Below are positions 13,785-26,322 of a stretch of 64,000 nt of DNA, piece by piece (the first letter of the stretch is position 1; each line of letters begins with the position of its first letter). Source of the DNA: the human T2T-CHM13v2.0 reference genome, Homo sapiens; the NCBI RefSeq assembly GCF_009914755.1, contig NC_060928.1, one strand, 5' to 3'. A program made the translations under genes and the position numbers. A model generated the notes under the pieces. That model saw nothing but the letters and a program-made list of their open reading frames with translations, was not told where the DNA came from and searched no databases.

Positions 13785-14460
13785 CTGGATAAATACCTCA
13801 GAGTGGAACAGCTGAATCAAATGTATGCTTATGTTTTTAAGAAAGTGGAAAACCATTTTTTCCGAAGTGATTTGTCATTTTAAGTTTCCAATAGCAGAGT
13901 TTTAGTTTCTCCCTATCTTTGCCAATACTTGGGTGATCCGTCTTTTTTGACGTTTAACATTATAATGAATAAGTAGTAATTTCCCATTGTATATTTAATT
14001 TGTTTTTACCTCCTTAATAAAATTGATTATCTTCCTGTGTTTATTTGCCATCTTTATAGCATCCATTCTTTGCCAAAATGTCCAGTTTTATTCATTGTGT
14101 CACTTATTTCCTTACTACTGAGTTCTGGCAGTTCTTTCTATATTCTAGATATGCCCTTTATCAAATATATAAATTGCAAATAATTTATACTTTAGCTTCT
14201 TAGTTAACAGACTTTTTTGAAGGGTAGATTTTGGTTAAAAATGATTTTCTAATTATCAATTTGTTCTTTTATAGGTCATATTTTAGGAGTCATATCTAAG
14301 AAATATTTGCCTAACTCAAGGTCCTAATTTTTTTCTCAATTTTCTTTCAGAAGAATTATCTTTTTAGGTTTCACATTTAGATTTACAATTCTCTCCGAAT
14401 TATTGAGTAGTACAAAGTATAATGTGATTCAGTTTATTTGCATAAAGATGCTGTGGGGCA
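13785..14460 (-). mobile_element. L1M (MC/MD-like) ORF2 3' fragment
   Basis: 'ggataaatacctcagagtggaacagctgaatca...tctaagaaatatttgcctaactcaaggtc' is reverse ORF2 3' region. Confidence 0.75.
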
Positions 14461-14530
14461 ATTATCCATTGTTAAGTTTTTGCATGATCTGAAGTTCCAC
14501 ACGGAAGCATTTTAAGTCAATTTAAGAATA

Positions 14531-14927
14531 CAGTTGACCCTTGAACAACCAGGGGTTAGGGGAATTCATCCCATAGGCAGTCAAAAATCCATGTATAACT
14601 TTAAACTTTCCCAAAACTCAAGGACTAATGGCTGTTTGTTGACTGGAATCCTTACCAATAACATAACCAGTAGATTAACACATATTTTGTTATGTGATAT
14701 GTATTATATAACATTTCTTATAATAACATAAGCTAGATAAAAGAAAATAAGAAAAATCATAAGAGAAAACATATTTACTTTTCATTAAGTGGAAATTGAT
14801 CATCATAAAGCTCTTCATCCTTTACATCTTCATATTGAATAGGCTGAGGAGAAGGAAGAAGAGAATTACCAAACCCTCGGGGTTATCAAAGGTGGAAGAG
14901 GTGGAGAAGGTGGAAGGGGAGGCAGGT
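14531..14927. mobile_element. Tigger2-family DNA transposon fragment (one TIR)
   Basis: TA followed by TIR 'cagttgacccttgaacaac', then 'ccttaccaataacataaccagtagattaacacatatttt' and 'taggctgaggagaaggaagaagag'; second TIR absent. Confidence 0.85.
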
Positions 14928-14934
14928 CACTGGA

Positions 14935-15530
14935 TGCATTAATGTTGGATATTATTATATTTTCTTGATAAATTGACATATTCATCATTATGAAATATCA
15001 TTTATTATCTTTGGTAATATAATGTGTTCTGTAATCTGTGTCTGATATTGATAGAGCCAATCCAGTTTCGTTTTTAGTAGAATTAACAAAATGTAACTTT
15101 CCCTGTCTCTTTACTTTTCGCCTAGTGTATGTGTTTATATTCGATCACTGCACAATACTTGATGAGAATCCTTTGTCTTTCCCTAGAATTCCCTCTCTTG
15201 TAGAATTTTCCTCTACAGCATTCTGTTCTGAATGCCCTTGTCACCTTGGTCTCCCTACTTTCTCACCTCTGTCTGTTTCTCAGTTACACTATTGGGCTAA
15301 GCTGAGGCTCCTGCTTGCTGTACCACATTCTGGAAAGTCTCTCATGTTAATAAGATGGGAAAATCATTCGGTTAACATTGTTTGTTTCCTGTCTCTGAGA
15401 GATGACTGTATTTTTTTGCTTGATGTCCAGTGTCCTGAAAAGCTGTGTTTAGTCTGTTTTCTCTAAATTTTAGTTTTTTTTCCGGTTGAAATGTAAATAC
15501 AGTTCATGTTTCTACACTGGTTAGCAAGCA
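14935..15530 (-). mobile_element. L1M fragments (endonuclease region and 5' region)
   Basis: 'attgacatattcatcattatgaaat...tctgatattgatagagccaatccagttt' is reverse EN region, followed by L1M 5'-end-like sequence. Confidence 0.6.
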
Positions 15531-15539
15531 AAAGAGGCT

Positions 15540-16055
15540 TGAGACCCAATACAATAGAAGCAATATCATGACATTGGGTTTTCTAGAAAAGAAATTGTTT
15601 TAATTTCAAGTCAACTCACAAGGAGACAAGAGTCAAGCTTAAATCTGTCTCCTTGTGCTGGTATCAAGGCAGAATTTTTATTTGAAAAAAAAATTCAGGG
15701 ACTGGATTCTGAAACTCGTAAGTGATTTGTGGAAGGAAAGAGGAGGTCTGGAAAGTCCTTGGGCATGAGCAGTTATCTCTTCATGCCTCTTCATGGGTTT
15801 CATTCTCATGTGCAGACTTACAGGGAATTAGTACAAAACATGCAGTGGAAATTCTGGCAGTGATGTCAGCAAGCCCATTCTGTGAAATTCTAGTTGGCCA
15901 TATTGGTTTCAAAATATTTTAGTCTGTTTTGTTTTCTTATAAGCAGAGAGAGTTTCAGCATTTCAGCAAATTGTTTCTTTTCTTATCTGTCATCCTGAAG
16001 ACTCAATAATTTCTGTTAGTGATTGGTTTATTTAACTTTTTGGGGCACGGTTTCA
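15540..16055 (-). mobile_element. ERV solo LTR (family not firmly identified)
   Basis: TG...CA-bounded segment of about 516 bp; the minus strand begins 'tgaaaccgtgccccaaaaagttaaa', typical of ERV1-class LTR starts; no clear TSD. Confidence 0.65.
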
Positions 16056-16398
16056 CATCTTGCTTAGAAGTGTATTTATAATCTTCTATTCCTCTATGTG
16101 TTCTTCTTTTCCTATCTTCTATTGTATTGAATGAGTATAATTAGTAAGAAATTTTAAGTATTCTATTTAAAAGTTTTAGTTATTCATTTTGGCACTATTT
16201 CTTGTAGTAGTTCTAGGATAAATTATTCATCTTTTATTTATCAGAGTAAATATTTTACAACTAAAAATTGGAAGTTTATCTCAGTACAGTTCTAAAGAGC
16301 TGTGTGATATAACTGTCATAACTCTTATATATACAGTATCTAAATAGTTAATAAACTCCTCAATACAGTATAGTAATGTTTCATTTAAAGAAAAATGT

Positions 16399-18629
16399 TG
16401 ATATAATTTGACTGTGTCCCCACCCAAATCTTACCTTGAATTGTAATAATCCCCATGTGGGGCCAGTTAGAGATAATCGAATCATGGAGGTGGTTTCCCC
16501 CATACTGTTCTTGTGGTAATGAATAAGTCTCACAAGATCTGATAGTTTTATAAATGGGAGTTCCCCTGCACAAGCTCTCCTGCCTGCTGCCATGTAAGAT
16601 GTGCCTTTGCTTTTAATTCACCTTCCACTATGATTGTGAGGCCTCCCTGGCTATTTTTAACTGTGAGTCAATTAAACCTCTTTTCTTTACAGATTACCCA
16701 GAGTCATGTATGTCTTTTTAGCAGCATGAGAACAGACTAATAGAGTAAGTGGGTACCAGGTAGTGGGTGCTGCTATAAAGATAGCCAAAAATGTGGAAGC
16801 AACTTTGAAACTGGATAACAAGCAGAAGTTGGAACACTTTGGAGGGCTCAGAAGACATAAAAATGTGGGACAATTTGGAATGTCCTAGAGACTTGGAGGC
16901 CTCAGAAGACAGAAAGATATGGGAAAGTTTGGAACTTCCTTGAGACTTTTTGAATGGCTTTGTCCGAAATGCTGATAGTGATATGGACAATAAGGTCCAG
17001 GCTGAGGTGGTCTCAGGTGGAGATAAGGAACTTCTTGGGAACTAGAATAAAGGTTACTCTTGCTATGTAAATAATTGGTGGCATTTCGTCCATGCTCTAG
17101 AGATCTGCAGAACTTCGAACTTGAGATAGATGATTTAGGGTATCTGGTGGAAAAATTTCTAAGCAGCAAAGTGTTCACGGGGAAACAGAGCATAAAACTT
17201 TGGAAAATTTGCAGCCTGATGATACAATAGAAAAGAAAAACTCATTTACTGGGAAGAAATTCAAACCCACTGCAGAAATCTTCATTAGTCATGAGCGGCC
17301 CAATGTTAATCACCAAGACAATGGGGGAAATGTCTCCAAAGCATGTCAGAGACCTTTTAGGCAGCCCCTCCCATCACAGGCCCAGAGGCCTAGGAGGAAA
17401 AAGTGGTTTCATGGCCAGGCCCAGGGGCCCCTGCTGTATGCAGCTTAGGGACCTGGTGTCCTGTGTCCCAGCTGCTCCAGGTATGTTGAAAAGGGGACAA
17501 GGTACAACTCAGGCCATGGCTTCAGAAGGTGCAAGCCCCAAGCTTTGGCAATTTCCATGTGGTGTTGAGCCTGCAGGTTCACAGAAATCAAGATTTGAGG
17601 TTTGGGAACCTCCACCTAGATTTCAGAGGATGTATGGAAACACCTGGATTTCCAGGCAGAAGTTTGCTGCAGAGGTGAGGCCCTCATGGAGAACCTCAGC
17701 TAGGTCAGTGAGGACAGGACATGTGGGGTTGGAGCCCCCACATAGAATCCCCACTGGGACACATCCTAGTGGAGCTATGAGAAGAAGGCCACTATCCTCC
17801 AGACCCCAGAATGGTTGATCCAATGACAGCTTGCATTGTGCACATGGAAAAACCACAGACACTCAATGACAGCCTGTGAAAGCAGCCAGGAGTGGGGCTG
17901 TACCATGCAAAACCATAGGGGCGGAGCTGCTCAAGATTCTGGGAGTCCACTTCTTTCATGAGTGTGTCTTGGATGTGAGATATGGAGTCAAAGGAGGTCA
18001 TTTTGGAACTTTAAGGTTTGATGACTTTCCTATTGGATTTCAGACTTGCATGAGGCCTACATGTAGCCCCTTTGTTTTGGCAGATTTCTCCCATTTGGAA
18101 TGACAGTATTTACCCAATGCTTGTAGTTCCTTTGTATCTAGGAAGTAACTAATTGCTTTGATTTTACAGGCTTCTAGGTGGAAGGGACTTGCCTTGTCTC
18201 AGATGAGATTTTGAACTATGGACTTTTAACTTAATGCTGAAATGAGTTAAGACTTTGGTGGACTGTTGGGACATTAGATTTGGGAGGGGACAAATGTAGA
18301 ATAATTATTTGGCTTCGTGTCCCCACCCAAATCTCACCTTCAATTGTAATAATCCCCATGTGTCAAGGGTGAGGCCAGCTGGAGATAATTGAATCATGGG
18401 AGCAGTTTCCCCAATACTGTTCTCATGGTAGTGAATAAGTCTCATGAGATTTGATGCTTTTATAAATGGGAGTTACCCTGCACAATATGTCTTGCCTACT
18501 GCTATATAAGGCATGGGATTGTGAGGCCTCCTCAGCCATGTGGAACTTTGAGTCCATTAAACCTCTTCTCTTTATAAATTACTCAGTCTCAGGTATACCT
18601 TTATTAGCAGTGTGAAACAGACTAATACA
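16399..18629 (+). mobile_element. Full-length THE1 (B/C-like) MaLR element: LTR-internal-LTR
   Basis: 5' LTR 16399-16744, internal region about 16745-18301, 3' LTR about 18302-18629; perfect 5-bp TSD AATGT at 16394-16398 and 18630-18634; ORFs 17200-18103 are broken THE1-internal frames. Confidence 0.96.
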
Positions 18630-18634
18630 AATGT

Positions 18635-20210
18635 GTTTGAAAAATAATAAAAGGAGAGCCTATTTATTCTATTATAGTTTATCTTTACTAATCATTCTTT
18701 GTGTTCTTCATTCATTTCTAAAGATTTAAGATTCATCTTTTGTCATTTTATTTTATTATGGAGTTCTTGCTTTTGAATTTCATGTGACACTGTTTCCATG
18801 ATGAATAACTCTTCAAGATTTTATTTAGAAGTAAATAATATCATTTTATTTCTATTTTGTAGGGTGATTTAAATGGAAACAGATTTATATGTTAACTTAT
18901 TTTTCTTTCAGAATTTAGTGATATCTTTCCATTGCCTTCTGTTCAAATTTTTAAATATATGTGACCTGAGACATAATTTATATCATTGTTACTTTATATT
19001 TAATGTAATATGATTCTCTGCTTTCAAGATTTTCTTTTTTTTAATCAGTTTGCTATTATGCATTTACGTTGTTTTTGTTGGTTTGTTTTTTGCTATTTCT
19101 TTCTATTTATTTGGCTTTGGATTTGCTTATCTATTTCTTTATTTCTACTTACCTGCCTTTGAATTTGCTGGGCTTCCTGTATATGAAAGTTAATATTTTT
19201 CACCAAATTTAGAAACTTTGTATTCTTTTTTTAATCTTATTTTCTTTTTTCTTATCTTTATACCTTCAATGACACATATATTAGATGTTTAATAGTTTAA
19301 AATCTTAGTGATGCTTTTTTATTTTTAAATTTTTTACATACATTCTTCATATTGATTATCTATGAATTACATAGACTCATAGAATCTACCATTATAGATA
19401 AATACTTACCCATTCATCTGCTATCTCCTAGCTAATGTTAATCATATCCATTGTAATTTTTTTCAGATCCTGTATAATTTTGTTCTAGAATTTACATTTG
19501 GTAACTTTTTATAGTTTTTATTTGTTTAGTGAAGTTACCCAAATGTTAATTCATTGTAATCATATTTTTCTTTAATTTTTAATTGTTAGTTCTAACTCAT
19601 GTACTGATTCAAGGTCAATTTTTATTGACTGCCTTTATGGTAATTATGGCTTAATGTTTCCTTTCATATCTAATATTTTTGCACATTCAAATATACTTTC
19701 AACCAGTCATTAATGAATTGTAGATTTAAGAAACTTTTGATTCAATTTTTTTTTCTGGAGAGTGGTGATTTTTCATCTACCTGATAGTTACCTTGACTGT
19801 CACCTTCTCTGTGGTGGGTAGCAGCTAAAATCTTTTCTCAGTTGTTTTCAAGGTTTTGGTCTTCTGGCTTTTCCTTTTTCTCTTAGAATCTGGTATTCTC
19901 TCCCACCTATGTGTGACTTTTCCCACATGAGCAGCTTTGGAAATGCCTAACTTTGTTACTAATAAACAACATGACTGCTTTTTGCTGGATTTCCATTTTG
20001 TCTATAGTGTGTAAATCGGCATTTGTCTTTAGGCAAAAAAATCATATAAATGTAAATCTTCCATAGTATACTTCCATTCTTTTAAGGATTTATTCACATC
20101 TAGAATTTCTTTCCCTTTTAATTGCTTTAGAGTGTCTTCAGGTATCTGGATTTTTTAAATGTATTTTGTTTAGAGTTTGTGATTGTTATCTGGGTATCTG
20201 AAAGCAGAAC
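18635..20210 (-). mobile_element. Ancient L1M ORF1/5' region (host of the THE1 insertion, also about 16060-16393)
   Basis: T-rich reverse L1 sequence, e.g. 'tttccattgccttctg...ctttcaagattttctttt...caccaaatttagaaact'. Confidence 0.6.
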
Positions 20211-22082
20211 CCTAAGTTCTGCCTTTTTGTTACAGACATTAAGTCATTATAGTGTTTTTGTCTCTTCTAAGATTTAAGAAAGAAGCATCCTCAATGATTT
20301 CAAACTAAACTGTTTTATTATGTAAACAAACACATAATTAGAATAGGAGTAAACTATTGTAATTATAATTAATGAAGCACACCTTCAAAGTGATTACCTA
20401 AATCAGTCTAAATTAAATGTCCTGGATACTTATATTAATCATTAGCATAAAATCAAAGCTTTAATGAAGAAATACACTTTACATTTTATTTTGTTTGCAT
20501 AAAACAAATGACTCCTTTGAGTTTGGAAATCCTAGAATAGTTATTATTGTTGTGACAAACATTGGCAGTTTCTCTAAATGTGTAATGACTATTAGTTTAT
20601 TTCATATAAAATTTGAAGTACTCATAGGCTATTAAAAAATTCTTAACATTTATGCAAACATAAGATAAATGACTTACTTTATGTTTAACATTTCCCCAGA
20701 AGGAAAAAAAGAGTGTTGAAGAATGATAGAAAAAATGGCAATGCTCATAGATTTTTGGCTGTCTCAGAGCAATGCACAGAATATCCATGATTTATGTCTA
20801 TTATTATCCTCAAATAATATTTCCTGCTACATAAAAAAAAGAAAATCCCTCATTTAATAGTGACTTATTTTTACTAGTCCTTCAATTTCTCTGTTCCTAA
20901 GCAACCAAAAGACCTCAGGAAAAAAGATTTGTAACACTTTTACATATATCATACACAGTAATATTCCCCAAATGTGCTCTATCTATCCAATAAAAAATGT
21001 TTTTGTGTTTGTATTTTCTAGGATTTACAGGATTGCCAAAATGCTATACAACAAAGTTTTCTATCACAACATATTTTGTAGACATTATTTGAGGAGAAAT
21101 TTGTTCATGTAGAAGCCAAATTAATCAATTCTTTAAATCTTAAAAGGAACCTGTACTGTGATAATTTAAACTGCCTTTATCTCTTTCCTAACATCAAGTA
21201 GTAGTAACACTGACGGTTTAAAGTCCTTCTGCACTATTTCCTGTACCTCCCTAATTCAGCTTTGTTTTTATTTTACACATGCTACTTACTTATTCTCTAC
21301 TCATATCTTATTAATATTGTCCTCGCCCCTTTAAAAAACAAATAAACAAAAAAACCCAGAAACCTATAACTTTTCCAGCAATCATGGTCCTACTACCTAG
21401 TGGAAATCAGATCCAGTTCTTGCAGTTAAGATAAATTTTAGATAGGACTTTGTTATTCAATCCCTGTCCAGTCCTACACCACACATCCCTTAAGCATATC
21501 CTCTGCAACAGTGTAATCTGTTAGGAGTTCTATATGTGTTATTTTTTTTTCTTTTCCTGATACAATTAAGACAAAATTCTGCTTAAAATTTTGAGCATAC
21601 AAAGAGAAAAAACTATCACTGGAAATGTGAAGAGCAGATACTAATAGTAGAGTGCTTGTCTCAGTTTTATTTTGTTTTTTAATATTTATAGGGGCATGGA
21701 CAAAAATAAGTTTTCTTGTTTAGTGTCAATATAATGTTCACTTAAAATTTTCTGTTGAGATCTTTAACACTCAGAACTATCTAACTAATGAGATTTTTTG
21801 GCAGTAGCAGATTTTTTATGTTTTAGAAATCAAGGCAAAATTGATGTATATGTGTGATTGAAATGGAGGTGTCAGAAAACTAGACATTTTCATTTGACAC
21901 TGAAATTTAACAAATTTAAGAGGTGTTTAAAAATGTATACTCATGATTTATTTTAGCAAATAATCAGCACTATTTATATCACTGATTTTCTCTCCATTTC
22001 TGATTTTGCTTCATTGGAAAACCTACCCTAATCTCTGATCCCCATCTACTCCTATGCTGTATTTTAAAAAAGAAGATAAATT

Positions 22083-22755
22083 TGTTAGGTAGCTAGGCAG
22101 ACATAAGCTGGGCAGGCAACTGCCCCCCACCAGGAATGTCGGGCGACCATCAGGTCATGGTTAGGCAGTTGTTAGGCAGGTGTCACAGCTGGCACCAGGG
22201 ACAGTCGCCCAATAGATAGAAAACACCTGAAGCTGGTGATCAGCAGCTTCCTGATAAGATCTGAAGAATTGGGCAAGCAGGCTCAAGCATGTGCACTAAG
22301 AGGCAAAAAGGCCAAGTTTATCTGGTATATAACCTTCCTCTAGGAACACTTGACTGGAAAGGGAGGAACACTTCAAGTGAACTTGCACACAACTTTAGTA
22401 AACACACTGTGCATGCAGTCCCTCCCAAGTGCTGGCAGGCCACTGTGCATGTGGACAGCCCGCCACAAGGAAAAATCAAGGGAGGAGAGCTGCAAACTTC
22501 GGAGCCATGCCAATGTATAAAATCCCAAGTCAAGGGTCAGATGGGACACTTGGATTTCTCAAGTCACCTGCTTGGCCCTCTTCCAAGTATATTTTACTTC
22601 CTTTCATTCCTGCTCTAAAATTTTTTGATAAGCTTTCACTCAGGCTCTAAAACTTGCCTCAATCTCTCTGCCTTATACCTCTTGGTCAAATTCTTTCCTC
22701 TGAGAAGGCAGGAATGAAGTTGCTGCAGACCCATATGGATTTGCTGCTTGTAACA
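22083..22755 (+). mobile_element. MER50 solo LTR (ERV1)
   Basis: 'tgttaggtagctaggcagacataagc...ccaggaatgtcgggcgaccatcagg...cagcagcttcctgataagatct...gttgctgcagacccatatggatttgctgcttgtaaca'; near-TSD aaatt/aaatc. Confidence 0.9.
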
Positions 22756-22959
22756 AAATCATGCTGTCTCACTTGTGAGACACATTATCACCAGGGAACT
22801 CTCACTCTTTATATCTAGGTATGGTCCAACTTTAACCTCCAATTTTACAATATGTGTAAGTCTTAAGTTTTTCAAATTTTCGGCAAATTCCTTGAGTCTT
22901 AAATCTTAACATTTTCTCTGACTCAGGGTTTCTTTAATCTCAAATGTTGTATTTATGCC

Positions 22960-24865
22960 ACTCTAAAATAGGACAAAAGCTAGACTGCTATAATAAAAAG
23001 ATTCCCACAAAATCATTGGTCATTGAAGAAAAACTGTTTATGTCCCATGTAGCAGACTTGCCATGAATGGACCAAGTCTGTGTGTATCCTTATATAATCA
23101 CTCAATGGTCCAAGTTTCTCTCATGCATGGCTTTGCCATCCTTTAGGGCATTATTGTTGTCTGGGTGGTCAAAGAAGTGACACTGTCTAATCTAGATTCC
23201 TGATGAATACATGGAGGCACAGAGGAAAGTAAATTAATGACCTTCTGTCCCGAGGTGTCATTAGCACACAATACTTCTGTTCACATTCACTGGCCAAGTA
23301 AGTCTAAGAGCAAGGGAGACTAAGTAATAAAGTATACTGGAAATTTTTGTTCTCAATAACTAAAATCCCAAAGAACAGGAGAACCAATTTTGTGTGTGTG
23401 TGTGTGTGCGTGTGTGTGCGTGCATGTGTTTAATGCTAGTAGTGTCAATAGAGTCTGCCTTTCTGACAGATCATAAAACATATGCATAGAACATATTGAC
23501 CCCCTCCTGAAACGAGAAAAACAAAGTCTCATATAGCTATTATATTTACCTTACTTCAAATATCTCAATAATGCACAAACTTTGCTATCAGTTTACATGT
23601 GGCTTCTCTTGACCTAAAAATTTATAACCAAATTTGAATATATAGTGGCTCCAAACTAGTTACTCTTTCTACTATATGATGTGCAGATAACTTTTATAAA
23701 AACAATTAATCGAAAACGAGAATACTGGAAAGCAATTATGAGTTGATACCATCTATAAAATTCATCTGGATGGAAATTATGAAAGCTTCCTATCATGTAA
23801 AATAAATCTCTTCCTTAGCCTATCTGGCCACCCATGGTTCTCCTTTGGGTCTAATTCCATTACTCCTTTTATTTTGTAAACTATTCCTTTGTGCTCTGTG
23901 AAAGTAAATAGGATATAATCATTTTAGTCTACCGTCTTCCATGGTATTTTCTAAAGTAGAAGTTGGAAAATATGCATTTTTCTCATAATCTTTAAGGTGA
24001 GCTATGTTAGCCAGGCTTATGACTTCTTTAGCACAATTTCCAAAATTTAGCACACTTCTGTTCTGTTTGCTTTCAGTCAGCATTATGTGCTAGTAGCTGA
24101 TGCAATACTCAAGCTTACATTATTTTTTTTTGTTTGTTTACTATGTACCCATGTGTTTCTCCCTCATTTTACAGAAAGTTATACTGAGCCATCTCAAACA
24201 ACAGTTTGTTACATCCTTAATTTTACATTTGGCACCAGTGTACCTCCCATTTTTCTTGCCTTAGCAGTCTTAAGATACTTTCAAAGAGAAAGTCTTTGAG
24301 GAACAGCCACATACTCTGTTACTTTGGGAACAGAAACATTTAGGTTTCTGAAGCTATGGGACTCCAAATCTCTGAATTCTGTTTTCTCCTATCACTCTTT
24401 ACTAACTTTGGCCACTTTGAGCTTGAGCTAAAGTTTTTTCTTTTGCTTCCTTTCTACAAGCAGTAAAGAACAAATAATTGCTCCTAACATTCTAGTTCTT
24501 TCTAGACACTTTACCTAGAGCTGCATGCCTGATGTGATAAGGTAGCTATCAAGCCAGAATACATAGGAATTATACTGAATATTTTTGCCACAGCTTAAGA
24601 AGTCTCAACAAATCTAGAAGTCCAATTCCAGTTTGCAATATGTTTTGCCTTGCTGCCAAATTCTCAGCAAGTTCCAAATATTTATTTACATTTTTAGTTA
24701 TATCTCCTGACTTCTAAAATCAATGTTACAATGAAGGAATAACTAATAATACAAAAAGCCCTGCAAATAAGTGTCTGAATTAACACAAATTTTATTTTTC
24801 TTTCATTCATCACTCCTAATTTAAGGTAACTGGATTTCTTTTATTTTGGGTTTCCAACACCCTTT
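22960..24865 (-). mobile_element. Ancient MLT1 (J/K/L-like) LTR with probable internal sequence
   Basis: LTR-like sequence at about 22960-23450 ('cttctgttcacattcactggccaag'), MaLR-internal-like sequence to about 24720, then a second LTR-like start. Confidence 0.45.
23391..23428. repeat. Imperfect (TG)n microsatellite
   Basis: Seen directly. Confidence 0.9.
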
Positions 24866-24868
24866 AGG

Positions 24869-25289
24869 CAGGGTTTTCCAACCGATGGTCCATAGAACCC
24901 TGGAAGTTTCTGAGACATTTTCAAGAGATCTCAAGGTCAATATAATTTTCTTAATAATAAAACCTTATTTGCATCTTTTCTGAGTTAATATTTACTCATA
25001 GACATTGCATTCTTAACCTCCATGCATTACAATTTTAAAAAAGGCTTAAATGCCAAGTGTTGCTCAGAATCGCCTTGATGACTCAGTAAAAATTATTATT
25101 ATTATTATTAAATTAGAATTATATCTTGGCCATTGGGTGTACATCTTTTAAAAAATATTTTGTGTGACAAAAAGCTAATTACATATGAAGAAATTCTGCT
25201 GAGTAGTAAAAAAGGTTGCATCTAGCTAACATAGCTGTATAATTTTATTTTTTTTCATAGAACACCATTTTTACTTGAAGAACAATTGA
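24869..25289. mobile_element. Charlie1-family hAT DNA transposon fragment
   Basis: Terminus 'cagggttttccaaccgatggtcc' and Charlie1 motif 'ttttttcatagaacaccatttttacttgaagaacaattga'. Confidence 0.8.
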
Positions 25290-26235
25290 GATTACCAGTT
25301 TCCTATCAGGCTTGTAAGAAGCTTAGAATCCCTCATTCTGTCCTAACCCAAAAAGCTAAGCAAACTAAAAAATCTACTCTTCTTAGATCTCTAAAAAAGG
25401 TGAAGTCAAATGGCAAACTCTTGCCCCCAAAATAAGAGAAAGCTACAGGCCAGTAGAGAAGATTACAGCTTACCACAGAGAAGAAACTTGTTAAGGTAGG
25501 GAAATGGGAACTGTAACTGACAAATTGCTGGAGGCAGAATGCAGAACAAGTCTGAGAGATGAAAACTCCAGGCAAACCCAGTCCTGAGGCCTCTACTTTT
25601 TTCGTGAGTTTTAACTCCTGGATCTTGACAGATTCTCACAGTGAATATCAAGGGAAGAAAAAAAAATCCCTTCATGCATCCAGTAGAAGGAGGGAAAAAG
25701 GAACCATTTCGATGTCAGCCAGAGCATTCTGTTTTTCTTAACAATGTCTGTCCTCAGGAGAACCTAAATAACCAGAGCCTAACCTGATGGGAATTTATCA
25801 GAGTCTAACTTACCTGAGGGGAGGATAATACCCAACTCCATTCCCCTCTGGCCATCCTGTTGCACCTAAGGGGTAGAAGCAAACAACATAAAAAACTGAG
25901 GAGCATTTGTGAAGTTCATAGTGGTATAGGCTCACTGATAGACTAAGACCTAATCAATAGGACTATAGAACACTTCACCTTTCCCCTCACCTTACCACCA
26001 CATTACTAAAGGTCTATTTTCAGCAATTCTTTTTACCCAGTAGCTCATGTCTGTCTAACAACAAAAAAGTACAATGCATACTAAAAGACAAAAAAGACAA
26101 AGAAACAGAGCATCAGAACAAGATATGATATATTAGAATAATCATACATGGAATTTGAAATAAGTATGATTCATATGCTAAGGGATCTGATAAAGCAGAC
26201 AGCATGCAAGAACAGATGGGCAGTGTAAGCAGAAA
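25290..26235 (+). mobile_element. L1MC-like 5' UTR and start of ORF1
   Basis: Ends in ORF1-start-like 'gaatttgaaataagtatgattcatatgctaaggg...agacagcatgcaagaacagatgggcagtgtaagcaga'. Confidence 0.7.
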
Positions 26236-26279
26236 AATGTGAAAGACATGCTTGGACAAGATAAAGGAGCATTTCAATG

Positions 26280-26322
<43 letters not shown>

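Noticed and set aside
17200-18103. Overlapping ORFs (up to 175 aa) as a coding gene
   Set aside because: They are broken frames of the THE1 internal region.
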